From Anolis carolinensis (taxonomy: Eukaryota): a stretch of 64,000 nucleotides of DNA. Position numbers and translations under genes: made by a program. Within the stretch, counting starts at the first letter, position 1, and every line of letters starts with the position of its first letter. The DNA lies in NCBI RefSeq assembly GCF_035594765.1, contig NC_085842.1, positions 226,249,747 through 226,313,746 on the forward strand. Reading direction: 5' to 3'. The notes under the pieces are model-generated. The model worked only from the letters and a program-made list of their open reading frames with translations, was not told the DNA's origin and made no database searches. Shown here in pieces: positions 12,744 through 23,877 of the stretch.

Positions 12744-12809
12744 GAAGTCCAAGCCACCCGCAAGGACCCAAATTGGACAAAAGAGGGCCTCGAGGGAAAC
12801 TCCGCCCAC

Positions 12810-13300
12810 CTATTTTTTTTTCCTTTCCCCAAAGGGAGGGGTGGGCGAGAATCCCTTTTGGGAGGCTCCGCAGGGATGGCTCAGAGGGGCGCGTGCCTCT
12901 CTCGGTCTCTCTCTCGCAGCTCGCACTCGCCCGGAGCCTGAGAGGACCCGGATGAGCCAACGGCTTAAGAATCCACTGCTCACCTGCTTCGAACGTTGGC
13001 GCCGGCGACCGTTGGAGCCGCCGGCTCGTCTCCGAAGCTCCCGCGAGTCACACATCGAGAAGGAGGAAAAGGAGAGCGGTTAGGCCTGGCACGTCCACCT
13101 CAGCCGGGGCAACAACTGCCGCTCACTTCCTTGGTCCTTGCCCTGACCCGGATGTACAACTCTACCAGGGGTCATGAGGACCGGCTTCCGGCTCGACAGG
13201 AAAACCAGAGGCGCCGACCAAACATCCTCACAGAGTTTGGCGAAACTTCCACGTCCGGATTGCAACAGGGCATGCAGGGGGTGGGGGGGGGGGTGGGTGG
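12810..13300. promoter_or_regulatory. CpG-rich TOPORS promoter/5' region with ETS-type motifs
   Basis: High CpG/GC content; CCGGATGT, CACTTCC and CCGGCTTCCGG between 13120 and 13260; G-run at about 13277-13301. Confidence 0.55.
12984..13055 (-). CDS. TOPORS: TOPORS probable first coding exon (MCDSRELRRRAGGSNGRRRQRSKQ)
   Basis: ATG at 13055 with an in-frame upstream TAA; 24 codons ending CAG|GTGAGC, phase 0, matching the phase-0 acceptor at 8376; CpG-rich setting. Joined protein is 1005 aa. Confidence 0.75.
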
Positions 13301-13340
13301 GAGTTGCAGTCCCAAGAATATTTCAAGCCTAATGATGACG

Positions 13341-13377
<37 letters not shown>

Positions 13378-13629
13378 AAGCCGTGGATTCCCTCAAGGCT
13401 TCCTCAGGTCACTGCTTGGGGCCACTGAGCGGTGAGCGGAGTTTCCCTCGAGGTCCTCGTTTACCCTGTTTGGGTCCTGCGTGTTCTTTGGACTTCATCT
13501 CCCAGAATTCCCGGCAGCTGGCCCAGATCGTTTGAGCTTCTGGGAGTTGAAGTGCCAAACCCCTGGAAGGCTAAAGGTTGGGAACCATGTTGCCTCGGCA
13601 GTCAAATCATGTGTGAATGTGATTAAGTA

Positions 13630-13935
13630 CAGTAGAGTCTCACTTATCCAACATAAACGGGCCGGCAGAGTGTTGGATAAGCGAATATGTTGGATAATAA
13701 GGAGGCATTAGGGGGGAGGCCTATTAAACATCAAATTAGGTTATGATTTTACAAATTAAGCACCAAAACATGTTATACAACAAATCTGACAGAAAAAGTA
13801 ATTCAATACGCAGTAATGCTATGTAGTAATTACTGTATTTACGAATTTAGCACCAAAATATCACGATGTATTGAAAACATTGACTACAAAACTGTGTTGG
13901 ATAATCCAGAATGTTGGATAAGTGAGACTCTACTG
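13630..13935. mobile_element. Tc1/mariner MITE with TA TSD
   Basis: TIR CAGTAGAGTCTCACTTATCCAA flanked by TA. Related copies at 17699-18014, 26348-26617 and 61686-62029. Confidence 0.9.
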
Positions 13936-14359
13936 TACTCTTATCAGGCACACTCCCCTATTACTATTCCCTCAAGAGTTCCTCAGGTCCACTGAGGGAA
14001 ACTTAGGAAGCTACCTGGCCAGTTAAAGTGGGATAATAGTGCTATAAGACTGTAATGTGGTGGGCATCTCCCTTAGCAGCCTTTGTCACAATTCCTTCTG
14101 GAAAAGGCTGGATCTACACTATCACATAATGCAGTTTCAGATTGCTGAGTCACTGCCTTGAACTGGATTATTTGACATTGTAGGTCCAACATTACACTGT
14201 GGATTCAGGGCAGTTTGACACCACTTCTCATTGCCATGGCTCAATGCTATGGAAGAATGGGATTTGTAGTTTCACAACATCTTTAAAAGTTTGTACGCTG
14301 GACTGGCCACGTTGTCCGAATGCCCAATCATAGTCTTACAAAACATTTACGGTATCCCC

Positions 14360-14885
14360 AATTGTCCACATGCTTGTGGATTTCAGTGGCTTCTCTGTGT
14401 AGTCTGACATGGGGGTTGTTAGGGCGGTCCAGCATTTCTGTGTTCTCAAATAATATGCTGTGTCCAGGTTGATGAACCAACCACTGAAAATGAACAAAAT
14501 CTGGCTACTAGTATTTTAAAAAAACCCTACAATCAGTACAGTAAATAAAGAACAGAAAACTGGGGAATTCCAGACATGAAACAATCAGGGCCAGTTAATC
14601 ACCTCCAAACAAAGAATGTCCCCAGGCAGGAAGCAGCTAGACCTTGAAGCTGAAAAGGCTATTCAATGCTAATCAAGGTAGTCAATTACAACATTCACAC
14701 TTTCCTCCAACAGACAAGAGTTCTTCCTCCCAACCTGGACTTTCCACAGATATAGAAACCTCACTTGCCTAGTTTCCTACAGACCCCACAACCTCAGAGG
14801 ATGCCTGCCATAGATGTGGGCGAAACGTCAGGAGAGAATGCTTCTGGAACATAGCCATACAGCCCGGAAAACTCACAGCAACCCA
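14360..14885. mobile_element. Penelope fragments (inverted junction near 14470)
   Basis: Same sequence family as 11311-12743 and 27410-28050. Confidence 0.75.
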
Positions 14886-15703
14886 CTTTGCGAGGCTCTT
14901 CATTTAAAAAAAACAAACGGAAAGGAGCCTCGTTTTCCTGGTGGTTTTGCTCCTACAACGTCCACATTAAAAACTACTGCACTTGCTTGCTTGGTTTTTC
15001 TTTTCCCACGATCAAGAAGCTGGGGAATGACGCATTGATCTCCCCATTGTTTGGAGATCAATGTCAGCATGCTTGAAATAAGTGCGCAGAGGACAGCAGC
15101 CAAAAAAGCTTCACTTACTTGAGAGTGAGTCGCTGGAGAGCCGCTCTCAATCTTTGGTTCTCCATTGCTTTGACTTTTTTACAAAAAGACTTCAACTCCC
15201 AGAAGCCTCAGCCAGCGTGGTAAGTGCTGCGGGATTCTGGGGAATGAAGTCCGGGGGAAAAAAATTGGAAGAGCACAGAGAGCCACTATAATAGGATCTC
15301 TGGAACCACCTTTTTAAACAAATGTGCATTCACTTGGGATGCGAATAAAACTAATCCTGACTGCAGGGCTGGGGGACGTCAATTCCCACAATCCCTTTCT
15401 TTTGGGCCTTGGTGCCGAGGCTTCTGGGAATTGAAGTCCTGCCTCTGCCAGAGTAGAGGGTTTTCTTCTATTTACAAATATGGATCTCCCTTTCCTGCCC
15501 ACTTTCCTTGCAAAGCTGAGAAAAGTTACCATTTTTGGACTCCTGACTCGCTTGAATCTACCCATAACTCCTGCTTGGTGGTGATTTCTGGGAGTTGCAG
15601 TCCAAAAAGGGACTTTTGTAAGCTCTGCCCTTTCCTGTCTGGCCTTCCTACCTCACTTCCCGAGGCCGCTGCACGATTGTAACTAGGAGCAACGCGGAGA
15701 GAA

Positions 15704-15748
15704 ATGATCCAGATGAACCGGACCATACAAGAATGGATATACTCGCTG
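15704..15748 (+). CDS. SMIM27: SMIM27 (TOPORS-AS1 micropeptide) coding exon 1, MIQMNRTIQEWIYSL
   Basis: ATG plus 15 codons, then CTG|GTAAGG donor; resembles recalled human SMIM27 MKPVSRRTLDWIYSV; divergent from TOPORS as in mammals. Confidence 0.88.
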
Positions 15749-18411
15749 GTAAGGAGGGGGACCTTGGGAAAGTCACACTCTCTCAGCCTCAGGAAGGCAG
15801 TGGCAAACCTCATCTGGACAAATCCTGCCCTGTGATCGGGTCAGAAAGGACACAGTAAAACTCACTTCCAGTCTGTATAAACGCCCTCTTGTGGAGGGAT
15901 GTCTGATTAAACTTAGTAGGACTTACTCTAGAGTAGATCAATTTTTAAATAACCACAAAGGAGCCATAGTGAGGTATCTAAAGACCTGGTATTATGGTAA
16001 AGCTTTCTTAACTTTGTGGCTGAGAACCAGCGTTGGAAGAAAATGCCCCTGTTTGAGGGAAGGGTTGTTGTTATTATTATTGTCATCATCATTAGGCTGG
16101 GGGATTCTGGGCCTTGCAATATGAAAAAGAGAGGAACTATCCCCCAGGACTATATCTACACTATAGAATGAATGCAGTTTGGCACCACTTTAACCGCAGT
16201 GGCTCCATGTGAGAGAATCCTGGGAGTTGTAGTATAACAGGGTCTTTAGCCTTCTCTGCTAAAAGCTGCCAAATTACAAATCCCAGCAGTCCATAGTATT
16301 ACACCATGGCAGTTAAAGTGGGATCAAGCTGTATTCATTCAACAGCAGAGATGCATCCCTGGACTGCTGTTTGAGTCTTTGTGCCTGCTGTCTGGGAGCT
16401 TTAATGCTGATGGCCTTACAATCTCTCAGGAGGTGCAAGTATTTCAGGATCCAGTTTTAGAAGATCCACCCTGAGAGCTTAAGACAAGAACATCAGCTGA
16501 GAAATTGTTTAGGAACCAACATCCACCAGAATGCTAGGGGAATCCACCCCTAACTGGAAAGGTAGGGGGTAAACTGGGTGTATTGTAGTGTATTCCACTG
16601 AGGTTTGGACATTTGAAGGCCAGAATAATTTTTAAAATGAATCTTCACTCCAAAGTGTGCATTTAACTGGTGCACCTAGAGGCACATTTGCTCCCCCCCC
16701 CCAACTTACAGCATCTGCATATTCCAATTCTGTAGTCTGGGTAGGCCAAGTGCAAACTCTGAGACAACAGTTTCAATGAAGTTTAGCCATCGTGATTTCC
16801 CGTAAAAAACAACAACAAATTCATTCATTTTTAATTCTGTTTTAGTCTTGACCTTTTGAATGTTTTTACTGTATTGTGATTTTATGTGTAAACAGCCTTA
16901 TTCCCCCGTTTTAGAATGACGGGGTTTAAAGATCAGTACAGGGATAGCTCAGGCCCCTTCCACACTGCTGTATAAAATCCACATTGAACTGGATTATATG
17001 GCAGTGTGGACTCAGATAGTCTGGCTCAAAGCAGATATTGTGGATTATCGGTATTGATATTCTGGTTTCTATAGCTGTGTTGAAGGGATCTGATAACAAA
17101 GCCTCTGATAAAAAAGCTCCTTTTTACAGTCTTTTTACAGGATTCCAGCTACTTCTTGCCCTGTGTTTATCTGGAAAGTGTTTTTCTGTTTGTTTTTCAC
17201 AACATTTATATTGGGAATATGAACAAGGGATGCTAGAGAAAAAGTGTGGCATTGCAGAATTGTCTGCAGTAAACAATGCAATAAAGCTTAACCTGAGAAA
17301 AAATGGGGCTGTGTTTTAGTCAATGCTATTGCAGCTCCATATGAGCTTATGTACAACAGGAGAGGTAAACAGGCACCTACAGAATCACTTATGAGATTCT
17401 GTGAGGAGCAAAACAGAAGAAGGCAAATGGGGGAAGCAGATTAGCCTGTATCACTTCAGCTCTACTGGTATGTTGAAAAATTACAGATCTATAGTTTTTG
17501 ACACCAAAACGGAAATAAGAAAAGTTGTTCTTGAAAGGAAAAAAATATATTACCCCAAGATGTATCTCAGAAGAAGCTTTCAAGTATCCTCAGATTCAAA
17601 ATGTTTATTTATGCAAGACTCACTTGACCTGGTTGTTTCATTTTATATGTATAGGATGATAGTTTTGAATGAAAAGTCTACTGAAACATGTCAAACTGCA
17701 ATAGAGTCTCACTTATCCAAGCCTCACTTATCCAAGCGTCTGGAAGCCATTTTTGTAGTCAATGTTTTCAATATATTGTGATATTTTGGTGCTAAATTCA
17801 TAAATACAGTAATTACAACATAACATTACTGCATATTGAATTACTTTTTCTGTCAAATTTGTTGTATAACATGATGTTTTGGTGCGTAATTTGTAAAATC
17901 ATAGCCTAATTTGATGTTTAATAGGCTTTTCCTTAATCCCTCCTTATTATCCAAGATATTCGCTTATCCAAGCTTCTGCTGGCTCGTTTAGCTTGGATAA
18001 GTGAGACTCTACTGTACTTCTTTTCTGTGATGTAGAAACCTATCCGTGTTCTTTCCATGTTATTTCTGCCTCTGGTGCCAAAGTTTCTTAACAAAAAATG
18101 AAGTCCATGAAAACATCTTCTTTAGTAACTGAGATGTACCTGCATTTGCAGTAGGCATTTTCTATGCTCTATTGCCCAGAGGTTCTTGAGAAAAACTATG
18201 GCCCCTTCTACACTGCCATAACAAATTCAGCTTATCTGCTTTGTATTGGATTATATGAGTGTAGACTACCATAATCAAGTTCAAAGCAGATGTGAATTAT
18301 CTGTGTTGATAACCTAGATTATGTGGCAGTGTAGAAGGGGACTGTTATCCTTCTTAAGAGACACTGGCAAAACATCTGTCTGTGAAATGTCATGTTATCT
18401 TCTTTTAACAG

Positions 18412-18522
18412 ATTCTTCTCACTATTGTGTTGCTTTCATGGGGATATGTTATTTACGCAACACGAATAGCAGCCAAGTGGCATCTGAAGGAACTCTACCC
18501 CCTGCAAGCACAAGATCTTTGA
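18412..18522 (+). CDS. SMIM27: SMIM27 coding exon 2, ILLTIVLLSWGYVIYATRIAAKWHLKELYPLQAQDL*
   Basis: Acceptor tcttttaacag|, phase 0; hydrophobic TM segment aligning to recalled human LLLAIVLISWGCIIYASMVSARRQLRKKYP. Total 51 aa. Confidence 0.9.
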   Translation: MLLTIVLLSWGYVIYATRIAAKWHLKELYPLQAQDL

Positions 18523-19383
18523 GGGAAACTATGGCAGAATCCTTCTACAGAGATGCCAAAGCATTTAAGGATAGTTCCAGCAAGAGTCTTTAAATTTCAC
18601 AACAAAGACCCAATATAAAATGAACATTGTGCTTGGAATTAATAGCCGTTTTTAAGACAGCTTTAACAGAGGAACACCATTTACTCAGCTCTTATACGAA
18701 TACAATTTAGAGGAAAGATGCCAAATGCTGTCATCCAAAAAGGATTACTCTCAAACACAACTCCACTAGTCTTGTACATCAAATATTCCATGTCTGAAGA
18801 TCGCACATTATCTTACTGCTAAAGCAAGAAATTACTAAGCCAACAACCGCGCAATGGTGATTTCGACTGAATATTTCGTAAGAAAATTTCATTTGTATAA
18901 AGGATTTAATGGTGAAGAAACATGTTTTGGTATCTGAAAGAGTCAGGATTTGCTGTATGGTATTATCTAATATTTAAATGGTTAGATCAACAATCCAAGG
19001 AGAAATTGACACTGAGCAGTAACAAAGCGAGGAATTAAAACTGAAATTTGTTTAATTGTAAATTTTGTATTGTTTTGTAAACTGTATATTAAACATTTAT
19101 TGAACTACGATTTACCAATGAAGTGTAAATTGAGCTTCTTTCCTTCTTCAACTCTTGTTCAATACAAACTAAATTGGGCTCATTCAATCATATCTTACAG
19201 TAAATCATATTTTACTGTTTCTTTGACTTCTTGTTTTAATGTATATTATTATCTATTGTATTGTTTTAATTGTGTTATGATATGTTGTTTTTATATTTTA
19301 TTATATTGTATTGCTCTGGGCATGGCCCCATGTAAGCCGCCCCGAGTCCCCGTTGGGGAGATGGTGGCGGGGTATAAATAAAG

Positions 19384-19429
<46 letters not shown>

Positions 19430-19999
19430 CTCTAAATAGATAGCGTTTGATAACCAGATTCCTCGTGTTTTATACTTGCTGAGTTGGTTTAAAAAAAGAT
19501 AGTTACAACCTTTCCTTTTTTGTATAAAATGTAAGACTAGCTACATTTTTTTTTTGCTAAATCAGCCATGGCAAAAGTTGGACTGAGTTGACTAAATCTC
19601 AATGTTACAGTAGAAATGTTGGATCAATGGAACTTGGAAGACCTACCTTAATTCAGTGAGCCTATTCTAGTCCAAGACTAGCTCAGTAGCTGCTTTTGTC
19701 CCAAAAAAAATCACTCTTTGTTTGAATGAAGCAGCTACTTAAGAGATTAACCTTGGCTTTCTGCAGCTAACACATTACTTGACAATTTTCCAATGTTTTG
19801 CATTATGTATTTCTTTACTTTTTGAGTAAGAGGGCAATGCGAGGGCAATGCAGCAACAAACTTTTAGTTCATAACGAAAAATCCAAAAAAAGCAATCCTG
19901 AAGTTGAAGCCATTTTTATTCTTAAATAAGATTCTGAGTTCTGTAAGTGAATTTTAGTAATCAACACAAATGCCTGCAAGTTTCTGAGTTCTTGAGCGT

Positions 20000-20065
20000 T
20001 TAATGATGACTGTCTGGTATTTCTAATGGAGGAACAACTTCCTTTGTCTCCAGAATAGTGTCACC
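20000..20065 (-). CDS. NDUFB6: NDUFB6 exon 4, GDTILETKEVVPPLEIPDSHH*
   Basis: tttcttag| acceptor; matches the GDTILETGEVIPP...HH C-terminus; minus-strand AATAAA at 19915-19920. Confidence 0.95.
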   Translation of the reverse strand, partial: GDTILETKEVVPPLEIPDSHH

Positions 20066-21173
20066 CTAAGAAATTAAAGAAATGATGTCATCAAAATCAA
20101 GTAACTATATGAAACATTTGTCTTACCAAGACAAAAACAGCAATTTCACATGCAGAACATTTAGGGGCTATTTTTCTGTGTATAAGCAATTTTTAGTATA
20201 CAGCACTCTTGTGAGTTTCCTTTTTTTTTTTTAACTGAATGCTCATTTTATATTGCAATACTACTCTCATAACCTCCATTTCACTTACACATACCCAGGG
20301 AAAATGGTCTCTGTAGGATTTTTCTAGGTGCTCCAGGTCTCCCAAATTTCTCTGGAAGTTGCCACAGAGCTATGTTTGGAAGACCTACCAAATTCCTCAA
20401 AAGGATACCTCTCTAGCCTCTCGAACACTATGATATGCTGGGACCACAAGTAAGCTAATTTGGTCATATTTGTGGTTTCAGGTAATTACAGTCTTACCGG
20501 GAAGTAATCAACCACAGGTATGGTGGTCTAATTGCAACCTATTAACATCTCAAATGTGAGGAATAATCAAACACACAGAAAAAAACATTGTTCTTGAGCT
20601 GCATACCTACTGTTGGCAGGAGATCTACATATTTATATAGGTAAGACATTTGATTTAATAGGTGCTACTTCTTTGCCTTCTAGAGAATAGATTAAATCAA
20701 AGCAATTTAAACAGCATCTAAATGTATTTAATTCAGCAAAAGAAAACCCTGATTTCCCTAATACATCTTCACATGTTTAAAATGGCACAAATATGTGCAC
20801 TAAAATTTTAGAGGTATTTTCAACATTTATTAGGACATAGTGACCATTCTTCTTGAGGCATGGTGTGAGTTTTCTTTTGCCCTTTTTTCTATTGTCTTCT
20901 CTGCCTTGTTTGGCTTAGCTCTATCCACATTAACAATTTCACTTTACTGAGAAATAGAAATTATAAGCCCAAAATTAGAAGCAAGAGCTGATAATTATTC
21001 AGTTCTAGACTAAACTAATATCACAAGATAAAAAGCTTACATTAATGTCCAAGCTGATTTGTAAAAAAATGTGTTTTAAATCATCTCTGCTCATCCACGT
21101 TGCTTACATACAACTTCTAAAGATGTTTCTCTATATAAATGACATAAGGGGAGGGGGAATGAAATCAACTCAC

Positions 21174-21218
21174 TGGGAATATCTTGGGCTTGGAGACGAC
21201 AGCTCCATATGGCTGATA
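21174..21218 (-). CDS. NDUFB6: NDUFB6 exon 3, YQPYGAVVSKPKIFP
   Basis: ttttcag| acceptor, |gtgagt donor, 45 nt; matches the PYG..K.xIFP motif. Confidence 0.93.
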
Positions 21219-21885
21219 CTGAAAATGAAAACAAAAACATCAGGATTCTGGGAAAAGAAATTGCTTTGATGTATTCATTAAATTCTGTGCTCGCCCACAT
21301 TCATATCTTAATTTACTTGTGGCTCAAAAAGAAGACTAAAAGCTATTTAGAGTTCAAATATATTCCCAAATGAATGCTTTCTTTCATGAACAGGGAAAGT
21401 ACTACCCAATTTCTGGCAATATGATTATTAGGCCTATTATCAGTTGGTGGTTCACAAGTAATAGCATATAAACACAAAAACCCCACACTTTCTCAATGGC
21501 AAAGGAACCACTTCTAAGAACAATCTGTCTCTAATATACTCATATATCTATTAGATATTTTACCGGTCTCAACTTTGATAACCCAAAATGGCAATGTGGA
21601 CATAATGGGGTTGCTGATATAGTATTCTATCTGTCAAAACACCAATTCACTAGAACGGTCAAAGGTTATCTTAAAGCTGGAAATTTATTTAACCTGGGCT
21701 ACTAGTTGAAAAAGTTTCTTTTTCATCTGGTTATGGGAAGGTGTTCAAATCTTAAGTAATTCTTTTAAATACCTCAGATGCAATGAAAGAAGAGAAAAAT
21801 AGACTTCTACATGCAGTATCACACTTGCCATATGAGATATTTTCGCTTACATACCCTTATGTGCTTTTAAGCCATTTTTCTTTTT

Positions 21886-22160
21886 GGAGCCTCTGGTGGC
21901 ACAGTGGGTTAAACCCTTGTGCTGGCAGGACTGAGGACTTGAAGGTTGGGTTGCTGACCTGAAGGTTGTCGGTTCGAATCTAACCTGGGGAGAGCATGGA
22001 TGAGCTCCCTCTATCAGCTCCAGCTCCATGCAGGGACATGAGAGAAGCCTCCCACAAGGATGGTAAAAACATCAAAATATTTGGGCGTCCCTTGGGCAAC
22101 GTCTTTGCAGACGGCCAATTCTCTCACGGCAGAAGTGACTTGCAGTTTCTCAAGTCGTGA
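21886..22160 (+). mobile_element. Second tRNA-derived SINE family
   Basis: tRNA-like head with GGTTCGAATC box B and distinct body (CCCACAAGGATGGTAAAAACATC). Copies at about 11880-12300 (nested), 51585-51715(+) and 61016-61277(-). Confidence 0.8.
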
Positions 22161-22894
22161 CTAACAGTGACCCTAAGGCAAACCTTTCACGGTTTTCTTT
22201 GCAAGAGGGGTTTTTGTTTGCTTTCCTTCTGATTTAAGAATAAGATTCACATTTGCATGAGTCGAGTAGTCTTCGTAGAAGGTTTTCCCACTATCTCTCT
22301 TCTCAATCCAGTCCATTCATTCCAAGAAAACTATCTCGGATAGTAAGACCTTCCAGAATATCATGAATATAGCAAGGGGAAGACCAATGGAAGACAATGT
22401 CCACATTTGTCATTTTCCCTCCCAAAACTGGAAGTCCATTCTCCTTGTACAACACCTTTGGACCAGACAATACATTCTCATTAACAAGAGATTGTATTTA
22501 AAATGTGTATGAATTCTCATTTCCAGGTCTGCTAGCCAAAATATAAATTAAAAGGATTCCTTAAGGATTTTCTGGCAGATCCACAAAATAGCCTTTTTTC
22601 CATTGTAATTGGCTTGAACAAAATTTGGAGTCTGATTCATGTTGTTTCTGTGTAATTCCAGCATTTTTTCCTGCCCAGGTTTGTATGTAATCAGCCCCTG
22701 CAGTAAAGAGTCTGACATCCGTGTATTTGAAGGTTTCCCCAACCCATTTTCTATAGGACCCTTTAAAATCTTCAGCAAGAGACAGATGGGAAGTGTGAGA
22801 AGATAAGCACAGACTGTGTCTTGTATTTGTGTACAAAATATGGCTAGGTCCCTGTGTTAAATTACAAAAAATGCTGCACAGTATACATACGTAC

Positions 22895-22987
22895 CAGCAG
22901 GTGGTATTTTACGTAGTAGTGAGTAAGCCAAAAAGGAACAAGTATTCCAGTGAAAACAAATGCTCCAGCTTTGTAGGTTTTGTACAC
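22895..22987 (-). CDS. NDUFB6: NDUFB6 exon 2, VYKTYKAGAFVFTGILVPFWLTHYYVKYHLL
   Basis: ccctttag| acceptor, |gtacgt donor, 93 nt, phase 0/0; TM helix and HYYxKYH motif. Confidence 0.93.
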
Positions 22988-23294
22988 CTAAAGGGAAATT
23001 ATTTTTATGGTTAGTTTTTAAAATCACATTACCTTTTACATATGTTATTTTTAAATTAAAATCATTGTTTTAGTTTGCAGACTTTGGACTACTATGGACA
23101 GGCCTCACTCCATTTTCCATCACCATTGCTCTAGACTCCTTCATGCCTTGGCCCAGCAACGGGAAACAGTCCTTCCCTCCATAGTCTAGTTGCTATTGCA
23201 GTGGTCTGGGCAGCCAGCATTTGTGGACTTAATACCCTTCACCACTACCATTCCCTTTTCTTTAGAAAGTTAATCTCTATAATCAGATATCTAT

Positions 23295-23579
23295 AGATTA
23301 CCTCAAAGACAACTATGTTTAAAGGACAAGCAGAAAACTGGAAGAAAGAAGATCGGAAGTCATCCATTCCCTCCCCCCCTCCCATTAGAAATTACCCTTC
23401 CCTAACCCCCTTTCCTCCCCCCCCCCTCACCATTTGCTATAGAACTATTACATCCCCTCACCCCAACCCACATCCCGCCCCTCAGTATCTTTCCCTTGGA
23501 CAACCCCTCCCCAACCTTCCCATAGGGCCACCAATGTAACTCACAAAAAAGTTTTAATAAAAATAAAAATTAAAAAAAA
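23295..23579 (+). mobile_element. Short 5'-truncated L1-like 3' end with 14-bp TSD
   Basis: C-rich 3'UTR, AATAAA and polyA; flanked by AATCAGATATCTAT at 23281-23294 and 23580-23593. Confidence 0.75.
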
Positions 23580-23877
23580 AATCAGATATCTATGTAGTCC
23601 TTATATGTGTCTATGTGCCTTCAAATAAATATTAATATTTTATGTTTAATGACAAAAAAGGTTGAAGTGGTTTTTCATTTGTATAAGTTAAGTCTAGTCT
23701 GGTCTGACTCTGGGGGTTGGTGCTCATCTCCATTTCTAAGCCGAAGAGCCGGCGTTGTCTGTAGACACCTCCAAGGTCATGTGGCCGGCATGACTGCATG
23801 GAGCGCCGTTATTTGTATACTCATATCTTAATGCATTTGTGTTGTTTTAATTTGTATTGTATCATTTTTGTATTGTA

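Noticed and set aside
20498-20527. 30-nt in-frame pseudo-exon TTIPVVDYFP|gtaag in NDUFB6 intron 3
   Set aside because: Weak acceptor, and the true exon 3 (21174-21218) already matches the protein.
22240-22836. ORF 22561-22836 as a candidate NDUFB6 exon
   Set aside because: No similarity to NDUFB6; more likely a decayed LINE fragment.
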